From an uncultured Acidobacteriota bacterium (GTDB lineage: Bacteria > Acidobacteriota > Thermoanaerobaculia > Thermoanaerobaculales > Sulfomarinibacteraceae), in the NCBI GenBank assembly GCA_963714745.1, contig CAVQPK010000002.1, forward strand, positions 2,464,808 through 2,528,807: 64,000 nucleotides of DNA, in the 5' to 3' direction. Of this stretch, positions 18,165 through 28,707 are shown one piece after another. Each line of letters opens with the position of its first letter. Positions within the stretch are counted from its first letter, which is position 1. The notes below the pieces were generated by a model. That model searched no databases, was not told the DNA's origin, and saw only the letters and a list, made by a program, of their open reading frames with translations. The position numbers were made by a program, and so were the translations under genes.

Positions 18165-19717
18165 GAGGCCCCCCCGCGGCGGAGCAGGATGGCGAACGCC
18201 GCCTGCCCTTGGCTGCCGCTGAACCGGTCGAAGCGGTCGTGGAACGCCTCACGAAGGGACCGCTCACGGGAGTCGAGAACACCGGCCAGGCGTCCCATCG
18301 CCAGCACGGTCCGGGCGCCTCCGGCATCCACGGCCACCAGCCTCTCGGCCGCGCGGTGCAGTCGCTCGCGCTGGACCGCGACGTCCTGGAGACCGCCGAG
18401 AAGGTCCTGAAGCCCCTTCAGCTCCTTGATCGCGAGCTCAGAGCGATCCCTGTCGAGCACTCCCGCAAACAGCTCGAGCAGGTAGCGCAGCTTCTTGGCG
18501 TCGATCCTGAGGCGATGGAAGCTGGCCGGTGGCGATGCGCAGCCGAGCTCGGCCCCGCGCCCGAGAACCCGCCGGAGGGCCCGCCTGACCCGGCGGCGCG
18601 CCAGCTCCGCGATGGCACGGGCAGGTTGGTCCGGGTCTTCGAAGCGTTCGCCGAGCCGGCACCGCCAGCCGTCGGCGAAGCGTCGGAAACGATCGCCGTC
18701 GAGGGCCGCCACCAGCTCGCGGTGCGCCTCGGAACGTTCGTGCTCGAGCAGCGCGACGAACGCGGCGAGCGAGTCGGGGTCGCCGAGGCCGGCCTCCGCG
18801 GTGATCCCGCCGAGGGACTCCAGGTAGACGTCGAGGTCGCGGCACGGGCCCGTGACGCCTCCGATCCAACGAAGCTCCGGTGCCCACCGCTCCGCGAGCT
18901 CGGCCGGGACCAGGCCTTCGAGCTGACCGACCGCAGCTCGGCTGCGCCGGACCGCGACCCGGAGGTCGTGGAGGAACTCGATGTCGAGGTCCTCGCGGAC
19001 ACCCGGCAGGTTGGCCTCGACGATGTCGAGCAGGGCGGTGAGATAACGACGCACCGCGGTCTCGGCGGGCTCATCGGGGCGGATCTGAAGGCGCGGTCGG
19101 GACCGGTAACCGCCGGGCGTCTGCCCCGCAGCCCGGGCGGCGAGGACGAGCTCATCGTCGCTCGCAGGCGTCAGGTTCGGGTCGTTGCCGAGCGTACCGA
19201 GCACCGCCTTGAGCTCGCGCGTGTAGCCCGCCATGCCGGTTACGGCCACCGCTGTCCGCTGCCGGCCCTCTGCCGTCGTCCCGTCGGATCCGAGGTCGGT
19301 GCAGCGCTCGACATCGACCCGCGCCACCGTCTTGCCGCGCGGGTCGCGGACCGTGATCCGGCGCTGCTCGACCCGGCACGCGGCTCTCGGGAGCAGAGCT
19401 CGCGGTCCGGCCAGGGCCGCGATCGCCCGTCCCGCGAGCGTGTCCGGGAGGTCGCCGGTCCGCAGCACCGTGCGCTGCTCCGGAAGGACGATCACCGGCT
19501 GATCGTCGGCGGGGCGCCAGCGCAGGACGGTGACCGACCGGTCGCGCTCGCGGATCAGGCGAGCGCCGTGCTGCCACAGCCTCCAGTCGAAGGTGTCGAG
19601 CCACTGCCGCAGGAGGTCGCGCGGCCCTTCGTCGGCAGAGCGAAGCGCTGCCGCGAGGGCGGCGGCCACCTGCGCGGCCGCCAGGTCGGGCGAGAAGGTG
19701 AAGCGGGCGTGGGACAC
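18161..19717 (-). CDS. CHAD domain protein (N-terminal half CYTH-like, no obvious ExExK)
   Basis: Conserved-histidine helices are present: FLHDLRVAVRRSRAAV and FHRLRIDAKKLRYLLELF. Start is GTG 19717. Confidence 0.8.
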   Translation of the reverse strand: MSHARFTFSPDLAAAQVAAALAAALRSADEGPRDLLRQWLDTFDWRLWQHGARLIRERDRSVTVLRWRPADDQPVIVLPEQRTVLRTGDLPDTLAGRAIAALAGPRALLPRAACRVEQRRITVRDPRGKTVARVDVERCTDLGSDGTTAEGRQRTAVAVTGMAGYTRELKAVLGTLGNDPNLTPASDDELVLAARAAGQTPGGYRSRPRLQIRPDEPAETAVRRYLTALLDIVEANLPGVREDLDIEFLHDLRVAVRRSRAAVGQLEGLVPAELAERWAPELRWIGGVTGPCRDLDVYLESLGGITAEAGLGDPDSLAAFVALLEHERSEAHRELVAALDGDRFRRFADGWRCRLGERFEDPDQPARAIAELARRRVRRALRRVLGRGAELGCASPPASFHRLRIDAKKLRYLLELFAGVLDRDRSELAIKELKGLQDLLGGLQDVAVQRERLHRAAERLVAVDAGGARTVLAMGRLAGVLDSRERSLREAFHDRFDRFSGSQGQAAFAILLRRGGAS

Positions 19718-19725
19718 GACTCCGG

Positions 19726-21135
19726 TCAGCCCGCCGCGGCGGCCGGCATCTCCGCCAGCATCGCCTCCATCTCGTCCTGGAACGCAGAGACCAGCGCCCC
19801 CGGGTCGGGCACCAGGGCGGCGTCGGTTGCGACACCGAGTCGGACCTGACCGGCGTAGCTGAGGATCGACACGCCGAGCCCGAGATGGCCCGATTGCGGG
19901 ACCCAGAACATCATGCTTCGCATCGGTTTCCCTGCCATGTAGAGCTCCTGGCGCGGGCCCGGCACGTTGGTCATCACCGCGGTCGCCTTGGCGCCGAAGA
20001 TCTTGACGGCGAGGCTCTCGATGTCGGCGCTCGCCATCCCGACCGCATTCAGGATCCCGAACACCACCACCGCCTCGGACGACGTCTTCAGGGCGTCCAT
20101 CCGCCGCTTGAGCTCGTGGAGCCGGTCGGTGCGGTCGGCCCTCCCCACCGGGAGGGCGAGGAAGACGAGCCCGAAACGGTTGCCGAGCTCGCCGACGGCG
20201 TGGTCCGGGCGCAGGTTGACGGGCACCACGGCCCGGATGTCGAGGCCCTCGGGATCGCCTCCGCGCGTCAGGATGTAGCGGCGCAGCGCTCCCGTCACCC
20301 CGGTCAGGAGGACGTCGTTGATGGTCGCCCCGACCCGCTTGCCCAGCGCCTTGACCTCGTCAAGAGCCATGATCTCGGACCAGGCGCATCGCTTGGCCAC
20401 CGAGAGCGGACCCTTGAACACCGTCGGCGGGTCGGAGGGCATGGTCACGAGACGTCCGAGGACGCCGGCGGCGCTCGCCCCCTGGCGTGCCGCCGCGATC
20501 GCGCGGCTGGGCTCGAGCAGGGTTTCGAGGCCTTCACCGACCAGCTGACCGGTGACCTTGCGCACCGAGTAGAGGGCTTCGTTCACCACCTCGGGAAGCC
20601 AGAATCCGCCGCCGAGCGGCCGGGTCCTGCGCCGCCGGGGTTGCCGAGGCCGGGAGGCTTCGGGCGAGTCGTCGGTCATGTCGAGCAGCACCCGGACCAG
20701 GGCGATGCCGTCGGCGATGCAGTGGTGGATCCGGCCGACCAGGGCGCACCCGCCGCGGTAGTTCTCGATGAACTGGAACTGCCATAGCGGCTTGGAAAAG
20801 TCGAGCGGCGTGCTCATCAGGTTGGAGACCATCTCCTGGAGCTCGCGCTTTCCGCCGGGCTCGGGCAGGGCCACCCGCAGGAGGTGTGAGCGGAGGTTGA
20901 AATGGGGGTCCTCCTCCCAGCGCGGGCGTCCGAACCGCGGCTGCACGACCCGCTGGCGGAAGCGGTCATACCCCATGAGGCGATCCTCGATCAGCGCCTT
21001 GACTTCGTTGAAGTCGAGACGGTCGGCGAAGGACAGGACCCCGGTGATCGTCATCAGGTTGGTGGGGTCCTCCATCCGGAGCCAAGCGGCATCGACGTTG
21101 GACATCGGCTGGATGCCGTCACCTCGTCCGAACAT
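19726..21135 (-). CDS. wax ester synthase / diacylglycerol acyltransferase (WS/DGAT) family
   Basis: The active-site motif HHCIADGIAL (HHxxxDG) is present, with N-terminus MSNVDAAWLRMEDPTNLMTI. Start is moved to ATG 21135, behind GGAGG. Confidence 0.85.
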   Translation of the reverse strand: MFGRGDGIQPMSNVDAAWLRMEDPTNLMTITGVLSFADRLDFNEVKALIEDRLMGYDRFRQRVVQPRFGRPRWEEDPHFNLRSHLLRVALPEPGGKRELQEMVSNLMSTPLDFSKPLWQFQFIENYRGGCALVGRIHHCIADGIALVRVLLDMTDDSPEASRPRQPRRRRTRPLGGGFWLPEVVNEALYSVRKVTGQLVGEGLETLLEPSRAIAAARQGASAAGVLGRLVTMPSDPPTVFKGPLSVAKRCAWSEIMALDEVKALGKRVGATINDVLLTGVTGALRRYILTRGGDPEGLDIRAVVPVNLRPDHAVGELGNRFGLVFLALPVGRADRTDRLHELKRRMDALKTSSEAVVVFGILNAVGMASADIESLAVKIFGAKATAVMTNVPGPRQELYMAGKPMRSMMFWVPQSGHLGLGVSILSYAGQVRLGVATDAALVPDPGALVSAFQDEMEAMLAEMPAAAAG

Positions 21136-21317
21136 CTCGGGTCCTCCAGTGCGCGGCGCCTGTTGGGCGCGGGCCCTGCGCGTCGGGTGTGGTTCCAACT
21201 CTAGCCTGAACTGACTGCGGCGTCACCTGGACCCGCGCCGTCCTGGTCGCCGGAGATGCCGTGGACCGTCCCGGGCACACAGATGAGCCGGGGCGGTGGT
21301 AGGCTCGAAGGGCCACC

Positions 21318-21644
21318 ATGATCGTCTCGGCGTCGTACGACGGCCACGGAACCTACGGGCTGAGGGTCCTCGGCGAGGGACGCGGGTTGTGGTTCCGCCC
21401 CGAGTGGCGATGGGTCACCCTGCTGCTGCCCGGCGATCCTCGCCCCGCCTGTCTGCGCGTGGCGCCCGGATTCTGGGGCTCCAGCCCCGAGCTGCGCTCG
21501 GCGCGGGTGCGCACTTTCCTGGAGCGCGAAGGCATGCTTCGCTGGCCTCCCGACCATCCGCCGCATTTCGAGCTCGAACCACTCGGGGGGGGCGTGTTCA
21601 GGCTCGGCTGGATCGAGCGCCGGACGACCCGCTCCGAGGCCTGA
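21318..21644 (+). CDS. hypothetical protein
   Basis: 108-aa ORF with non-degenerate composition and Trp-rich stretches (WFRPEWRWVTLLLPGD). No recognisable domain. Confidence 0.35.
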   Translation: MIVSASYDGHGTYGLRVLGEGRGLWFRPEWRWVTLLLPGDPRPACLRVAPGFWGSSPELRSARVRTFLEREGMLRWPPDHPPHFELEPLGGGVFRLGWIERRTTRSEA

Positions 21645-21753
21645 GGCGACCTGGACCGGGCCCCTTCCGTGGCGGCGCGGCGGCTGTGTTTTTCATCCTT
21701 GTGCCCTGCCGAGTCTGCTTCGTCGCATGATTTTCGGAGTAGGATGACCGCGG

Positions 21754-22614
21754 ATGGCGGGCACGTCTGCGTCGGAGGTCCTGCGCGTTCGTGGTTTCAT
21801 CACCGATCTCTGGCTGGTGGACCGCGGCGAAGGGCTGGTTCTGCTCGACGGCGGGTGCCGGGGTGACGCAGAGCGGGTCGTGCGTGCGATCGTGCGGGAC
21901 CTCGGGCGGTCGCCGGGCGAGCTGAGCCTGGCGGTCGTGACCCACGCCCATCCCGACCATGCGGGTGGCGCGGTCGTGCTTCGCCGCCGATTCGGGACCC
22001 CGATCGCCGCACCGACCGGGATCGACCTCTGGTACCGGGGCTGGAGCGGACTGCTGCAGCAGATGGTGGACCGGCAGCTCGCCCGACATGTCGCCCGGCG
22101 AATGGGCCGCCCTCGGGAGTCGGTAGCGTTCCCGCGTCGACTGCGCCCTGATCGCTGGCTGCTTGACGGCGACCAGGTGCCGGGCCTGCCGGGGTGGAGA
22201 GTGTTGCACCTCCCCGGCCACACCTCACACGATGTCCTGCTCCACAGCGAGGCCGAGGCGACCCTGTACGCCTCGGACCTGGTGGTCAGGATCGGCGACG
22301 AGCTCCGGCTGCCGGTGCCGATTCTCGACCGTCGGCTGACGGCCCGCTCGATCGACCGCCTCGCGGGGCTCAGGATCCGGCGCGTGCTGCTGGCCCACGG
22401 CGGCGAGGTCGAGGTCGACGGAGCCGATCGGGTCGTTGCGGCACTCCATCGCGACCTCGCACGGACGCCTCACCCGGCGATGCGGTGGGTCCGGTTGCTC
22501 ACCCGGATCGGGCGCGAGACCCGGCGAACGGACCGGTGGGCCCCGGACCGGGGTCCGCAGGGTCAGCCCGCAGATCTCACCGGGTGTCGTCGCGAGCACG
22601 GCGAGGGGCCGTGA
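21754..22614 (+). CDS. MBL-fold metallo-hydrolase
   Basis: The motif VVTHAHPDHAGGA (HxHxDH) is present, with downstream His/Asp ligands (LHLPGHTSHD). Confidence 0.8.
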   Translation: MAGTSASEVLRVRGFITDLWLVDRGEGLVLLDGGCRGDAERVVRAIVRDLGRSPGELSLAVVTHAHPDHAGGAVVLRRRFGTPIAAPTGIDLWYRGWSGLLQQMVDRQLARHVARRMGRPRESVAFPRRLRPDRWLLDGDQVPGLPGWRVLHLPGHTSHDVLLHSEAEATLYASDLVVRIGDELRLPVPILDRRLTARSIDRLAGLRIRRVLLAHGGEVEVDGADRVVAALHRDLARTPHPAMRWVRLLTRIGRETRRTDRWAPDRGPQGQPADLTGCRREHGEGP

Positions 22615-22698
22615 CGAGCGGGAACTCCGGCACCACCGACCGGGAGGCAAGGTCGTCCCCCCCTTCGCTGGGTTCGGGAATCGGTACGACCCGAGGCC

Positions 22699-24579
22699 TC
22701 AGAACCGCGCCCTGATCTCCCGCAGCCTCGTCACCAGGGTCGACCAGGATCGACGGACGGTGTCGGGGACCTCGACCTCGCCGAGGCTCTCCTGAACGTA
22801 GGGGATACGGCCCATGATGTCGTTCAGCCTCGTCCTGGTTTCCTCGATCTCCTCCGGGACCCAACCCCGTTCGTCGTTGCGCCGAAACTTGGAGACCGCG
22901 AGCCTCTTCTTCAGGTAGACGTTCAGGCTGTCGACGGCGGAGTCCAGGCCGTCGAACCGCTCCCACAGGCGCGCGTCGGCCCCGGTGGGTTTCCATCGGC
23001 CGGTCGCCCGGAGGTGATCACGCAGCTCCCGCCCGATGGTGTCCGAGTTGCTCTCGATCGCGTCCCACGCCGCCAGGGTCTGCTCGAGGCTCGGAACCGG
23101 AAGCGGGACCGGGGTGGCCGTGGGTGGCGGAGTCGGAGTCGGGGGCGGTCGGGTCGCGGTCGGGGTGGGGGGAACCGGTGTCGCGGTCGGGCGTCGGACC
23201 GGCGCGGAGCGGCGGGTAGGCCGCTCGGTCGGCTCGGGCGTCGGAGTGACTGGCTCGGGGCTCGGTGTCGGAGTGGCCGGCTCCCACGGCACGATCGGCG
23301 GCGGTGAGGGCTCGACCAGGTCCAGATCGCCGATCACGATCGGCGTGGCGACACCCTCGTCGGGTAGGCTGCCGGAATCGCGGGCCCCGCGCAGCACGAG
23401 GGCGGTGATGACGATGCCGAAGGCGACCACCAGCGCCCCGCCGAGCACCGCCAGCTGGACCGTGGTGAGCCCGCTCAGGATGCGGCCGGCTGCCTCCGCC
23501 GCGCGACGGAGCGCCGCCGTCAGCGCCGGCGGGATGCCCCTCCTGGGCGTGGGCGCAGGGCCAGGCCTGGGCGTGCGGACAGTCGCCTGGGGTGGTGGGG
23601 CGGGAGCGGGTGTGATGGCCGTGCGGGCGCCCGAGTCGGGCTCGGCAGTCTGGGTGGGGGGGAAGCCGGGCCGCGGTGTGGCGGAGGTGGGTACCGAGGT
23701 CGGACGAGATCTCGCCGGGGTGGTCCGGTGGTGGTCCCCCGTCGGGGTGGCCGGGGCGGACGGGTCGGCCTCGGCGTAGAGCTCCAGAACCGCCTTGAGC
23801 TCCGAGGCGTCCAGCCACCGGTCATCGGGCTCTTTGGCCAGCGCCTGGAGGATCGCGTCGTTGAGGCCGTCCGGAAGGTCTGGGGCGAGCGACCTCGGGG
23901 GCGGCGGCGCCTCTTCGAGGTGCTTCTTCATCAGGGAGTACTCACTCGACGACTCGAACGGGAGCTTGCCCGTCACCATCTCGAACAGCACGACGCCGAG
24001 GGAGTACAGGTCCGAGCGGGCGTCAGGCTCGGCACCGCGGATCTGGTCGGGGGACATGTAGTGGAGCGTGCCGACCAGGTGGCCGGCACGGGTCAGCCGG
24101 GTCGTTCCGGTGACCCGGGCGATCCCGAAGTCCATCAGCTTGAGCCCGCCGGTGCGGGTCAGCATCATGTTCTCCGGCTTGATGTCGCGGTGGATGACGC
24201 CTGCCGCGTGGGCCACCTCGAGCGCGGTGAGGGCAGTGCAGGCCAGCCGGGCCGCACGCGGCCACGGGAAGGCCCCCTGGCGGCGGAGCACCGCGTCGAG
24301 GGTCTCGCCCTCGACGAACTCCATCACCAGGAAGAGCTCGTCACCCTCGCGGATGAAGGCGAACACGGTCGCGATCGAAGGATGGGTCAGCTTGGCCAGC
24401 GTCACCGCCTCGGTGCGGAACCTCTCCACCACCTCGGCGTCGCTGGCGAGCTCCGGGCGAAGGACTTTGACTGCGACCGGACGGTCGAGCATGGTGTCGA
24501 CGCCGCGCCACACCGCACCCATCCCACCCTCGCCGATCTTGGCGAGGATCCGGTAGCTGCCGATGGTCCGCCCGATCAC
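22699..24579 (-). CDS. Hanks-type Ser/Thr protein kinase with Pro/Thr-rich linker, TM helix and an extracytoplasmic C-terminal domain
   Basis: Kinase motifs: GEGGMGAVWRG, VAVKVL, HRDIKPENM, DFGIAR, YMSPDQ. GTG 24579 overlaps the PP2C stop (GTGA). Confidence 0.9.
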   Translation of the reverse strand: MIGRTIGSYRILAKIGEGGMGAVWRGVDTMLDRPVAVKVLRPELASDAEVVERFRTEAVTLAKLTHPSIATVFAFIREGDELFLVMEFVEGETLDAVLRRQGAFPWPRAARLACTALTALEVAHAAGVIHRDIKPENMMLTRTGGLKLMDFGIARVTGTTRLTRAGHLVGTLHYMSPDQIRGAEPDARSDLYSLGVVLFEMVTGKLPFESSSEYSLMKKHLEEAPPPPRSLAPDLPDGLNDAILQALAKEPDDRWLDASELKAVLELYAEADPSAPATPTGDHHRTTPARSRPTSVPTSATPRPGFPPTQTAEPDSGARTAITPAPAPPPQATVRTPRPGPAPTPRRGIPPALTAALRRAAEAAGRILSGLTTVQLAVLGGALVVAFGIVITALVLRGARDSGSLPDEGVATPIVIGDLDLVEPSPPPIVPWEPATPTPSPEPVTPTPEPTERPTRRSAPVRRPTATPVPPTPTATRPPPTPTPPPTATPVPLPVPSLEQTLAAWDAIESNSDTIGRELRDHLRATGRWKPTGADARLWERFDGLDSAVDSLNVYLKKRLAVSKFRRNDERGWVPEEIEETRTRLNDIMGRIPYVQESLGEVEVPDTVRRSWSTLVTRLREIRARF

Positions 24580-25334
24580 ACGGCCCCCTCGCCGTCGAAG
24601 CGCGCCACCACGACGGTGACGTTGTCCGGTGCGCTGCGCGACCGCGCCAGCTCCACCATCTCACGGCAGGCCTGCTCCGGTCCGCCGCCGCGTACCGCGG
24701 CGAGGATCTCCTCGTCGTCGACCAGGTCGTGCAGCCCGTCCGAGCACAATACGACCGCGTCGCCGGGGTGCAGGGGCAGCGGCTGATCCCAGGTTGCCAC
24801 TTCGACCGACGCATGGGTGCCCAGCGCGCGCAGGATCACGTTCTTGTCGCCGTGCTCCTTGGCCTCCTGGACGGTCAACAGCCCGCGTCGAACCATGTCC
24901 ATGACCGCAGAGTGATCTTCGGTCATCCGGTAGACGCCGTCGCCGCGGACCAGGTAGAGACGGCTGTCTCCGACGTGGGCCAGGTACCCCTGACCGTTCT
25001 CCACCACCAGGGACGTGCAGGTGGTCCCCATGCCACTGAACCGCTCATCCGACCGGGCGTTTTCGAAGATGGTGCGGTTGGCCTCGGTCACGGCGCCGAC
25101 CAGACAGCGTTCGGGTTCACCGGAGCACGCGAGGTAGGCCCGGCGGACGACCTGGACCGCGAGCTCGCTCGCGACCTCGCCGGCGGCGTGGCCTCCCATG
25201 CCGTCGGCGACCACGGCAAGAAACCCGCCGCGACGGTGCTCGTCTGGGAGGACCAGCGTGGCGCGGTCCTCGTTGGCCTCTCGGTGGCACCCGACGTCAG
25301 ACAACAAGGCGGCTGAAATGTCCAGCTTGGTCAC
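24576..25334 (-). CDS. PP2C-family Ser/Thr phosphatase
   Basis: Motifs: DVGCHREANEDR, VADGMGGHAAGEVAS, LCSDGL, DNVTVVV. The start is moved to GTG 25334, because the upstream kinase stops at 25342. Confidence 0.85.
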   Translation of the reverse strand: MTKLDISAALLSDVGCHREANEDRATLVLPDEHRRGGFLAVVADGMGGHAAGEVASELAVQVVRRAYLACSGEPERCLVGAVTEANRTIFENARSDERFSGMGTTCTSLVVENGQGYLAHVGDSRLYLVRGDGVYRMTEDHSAVMDMVRRGLLTVQEAKEHGDKNVILRALGTHASVEVATWDQPLPLHPGDAVVLCSDGLHDLVDDEEILAAVRGGGPEQACREMVELARSRSAPDNVTVVVARFDGEGAV

Positions 25335-25341
25335 ATCGCCC

Positions 25342-26607
25342 TCACTCGTTCCGGAATTCTCGCACGGACCACACGTAGTCGTTGGAATGGGGTAGGACTT
25401 CCAGCCGCTTGGTGAACGGTCGGTAGCCCGGCGCTTCGAGCACCACCTCGATCTGAGAGCCAACCGGAGCTGAAAACCGGTACGGCGTATGGCCGACCTC
25501 CTCTCCGTTGACTTTGACCCTGGCGGTGGCTCCGACGAGGCCGATGGTCACCACCGCTTCTACCGGACCGGACGGCCGTGCGGCCGGCGACCGGGCGTCC
25601 GCGCGACCTTCAGCGTGACTTTTCCCATTGCTGCTCGTGCGCACGCCGATTGCAACCACGACCACCACTGCGAGCAGCGCGACCGCCGCTGCGATGGGCC
25701 ACCGCTCCTTGAGCGGTCGGGCAGACGTGCGCACCGCCGCCGGCGCGAGTCCACCGACCTCTGGCGAGGGCCTGGCTCCGGAGATGGCTGCGATCGCGCG
25801 CAGGAGCTCCTGCGCCGACTGGAAGCGGGCGTCGGGCTCGAGCTGCAGACAACCGGAGACCAGGCGGTCGAGCTCGGGCGGGAGCTCGGCCACCAGCTCC
25901 GACGGCTCCAGGTAGGCGCCTTTCTCGACCTCGCGTACGAACTCGCCCACCGACTCGGCGTCGAAGGGCACCCTTCCGGTCACCAGCTCATAGAGCAGGA
26001 CTCCGAGCGCCCAGACGTCCGACCGGTGATCTGCGACGGCTCCCTGCAGCTGCTCGGGAGCGCAGGAGTGGAGGGTGCCGATGAACTGGCCTTTGAGGGT
26101 CAACCGGGGTGAAGCGGAGCCTCGCGCGATGCCGAAGTCGAGCAGCTTGACCGCGCCGTCGCCGGCGATCTTGACGTTGTTCGCCTTGAGGTCGCGGTGC
26201 ACGATTCCGTGATCGTGGATATAGCCGACCGCCTCCACCACCTGCCGAAAGACCTCCAGCGCCTGACCGAGCCGCATCGGCCCGGCGCGGCGCAGCCGGT
26301 CGGCCACGGTCTCCCCGTCGACGTACTCCATCACGATGCAGGGCCGGTCGCCGAGCTGGACCAGCTCGTAGAGGGTGGCGATGTGGGGGTGGTGCAGCGA
26401 GGCCTGAATCCTGGCCTCGTTCAGGAACCGCTCACCGAACGAAGAGTCACCGCTCTCCACCGACAGCAGCTTGACTGCCACGGTTCGGCCGAGAGTCACG
26501 TGGATGCCGCGCCACACCTCTCCCATCCCGCCGGCGCCGAGCCGTTCGACGAGACGATAGTCACCCACCCGCATCTCGGCGGGGTCGTGCATCAACCCGC
26601 TCCTCAC
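25342..26607 (-). CDS. Hanks-type Ser/Thr protein kinase with TM helix and C-terminal PEGA-like domain
   Basis: Kinase motifs: GAGGMGEVWRG, VAVKLL, HRDLKANNV, DFGIAR. The C-terminus ARVKVNGEEVGHTPYRFSAPVGSQIEVVLEAPGY is PEGA-like. The start codon is uncertain (several in-frame Met). Confidence 0.9.
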   Translation of the reverse strand: MRSGLMHDPAEMRVGDYRLVERLGAGGMGEVWRGIHVTLGRTVAVKLLSVESGDSSFGERFLNEARIQASLHHPHIATLYELVQLGDRPCIVMEYVDGETVADRLRRAGPMRLGQALEVFRQVVEAVGYIHDHGIVHRDLKANNVKIAGDGAVKLLDFGIARGSASPRLTLKGQFIGTLHSCAPEQLQGAVADHRSDVWALGVLLYELVTGRVPFDAESVGEFVREVEKGAYLEPSELVAELPPELDRLVSGCLQLEPDARFQSAQELLRAIAAISGARPSPEVGGLAPAAVRTSARPLKERWPIAAAVALLAVVVVVAIGVRTSSNGKSHAEGRADARSPAARPSGPVEAVVTIGLVGATARVKVNGEEVGHTPYRFSAPVGSQIEVVLEAPGYRPFTKRLEVLPHSNDYVWSVREFRNE

Positions 26608-26743
26608 CGCGAGCCCACCGGGTGGAGCTCGCTCCCTCCTCGACCGTCCGGTCGTGACCCGGCGCCCCGATCGCGCGGCGTCCGCCCGAAGAACCCGAGC
26701 GGGCCCGTCCTCGAGCCGACGAGCGCCCTGAGCTTCCGGACTC

Positions 26744-28414
<1,671 letters not shown>

Positions 28415-28707
28415 CTCGTACCCTCCTTCAAGCAGGCGGTCTCAAACCATCCGCGGCGCGGCGCCGTAGCTCGGGGCCGCGGGGATCGAACACCGTTGCA
28501 GAAACCGGCCATCGGACCGTTCGAACAAGAGCCTCACAAAAGGAGACACGTGGCGACACGGGCCCCCGACCTCTGTCTCGTCGGCTATCTCGCTGGCGAG
28601 TATAGCAAGAACCCCGGACCCGAAAGAGCCGACGGGCTGGTGCCTTCCGGCGTCCCGTCCGCCCCGTCGGAGCCTGGGGGCGTCCTGGGCTCCACCAGCC
28701 GGACGGG

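Noticed and set aside
23100-23340. Repetitive ggtgtcgg/ggagtcgg-like DNA that looks like a tandem repeat.
   Set aside because: It encodes the Pro/Thr-rich linker (PTPTPSPEPVTPTPEP...PPTPTATRPPPTPTPPPTATP) of the Ser/Thr kinase. This is low-complexity coding sequence, not a non-coding repeat.
28575-28600. A sigma54-type promoter (tggcgagtatagca) in the divergent region upstream of the FHA-protease operon.
   Set aside because: The GG-to-GC spacing is 8 nt rather than the required 10, and no enhancer-binding protein gene is nearby.
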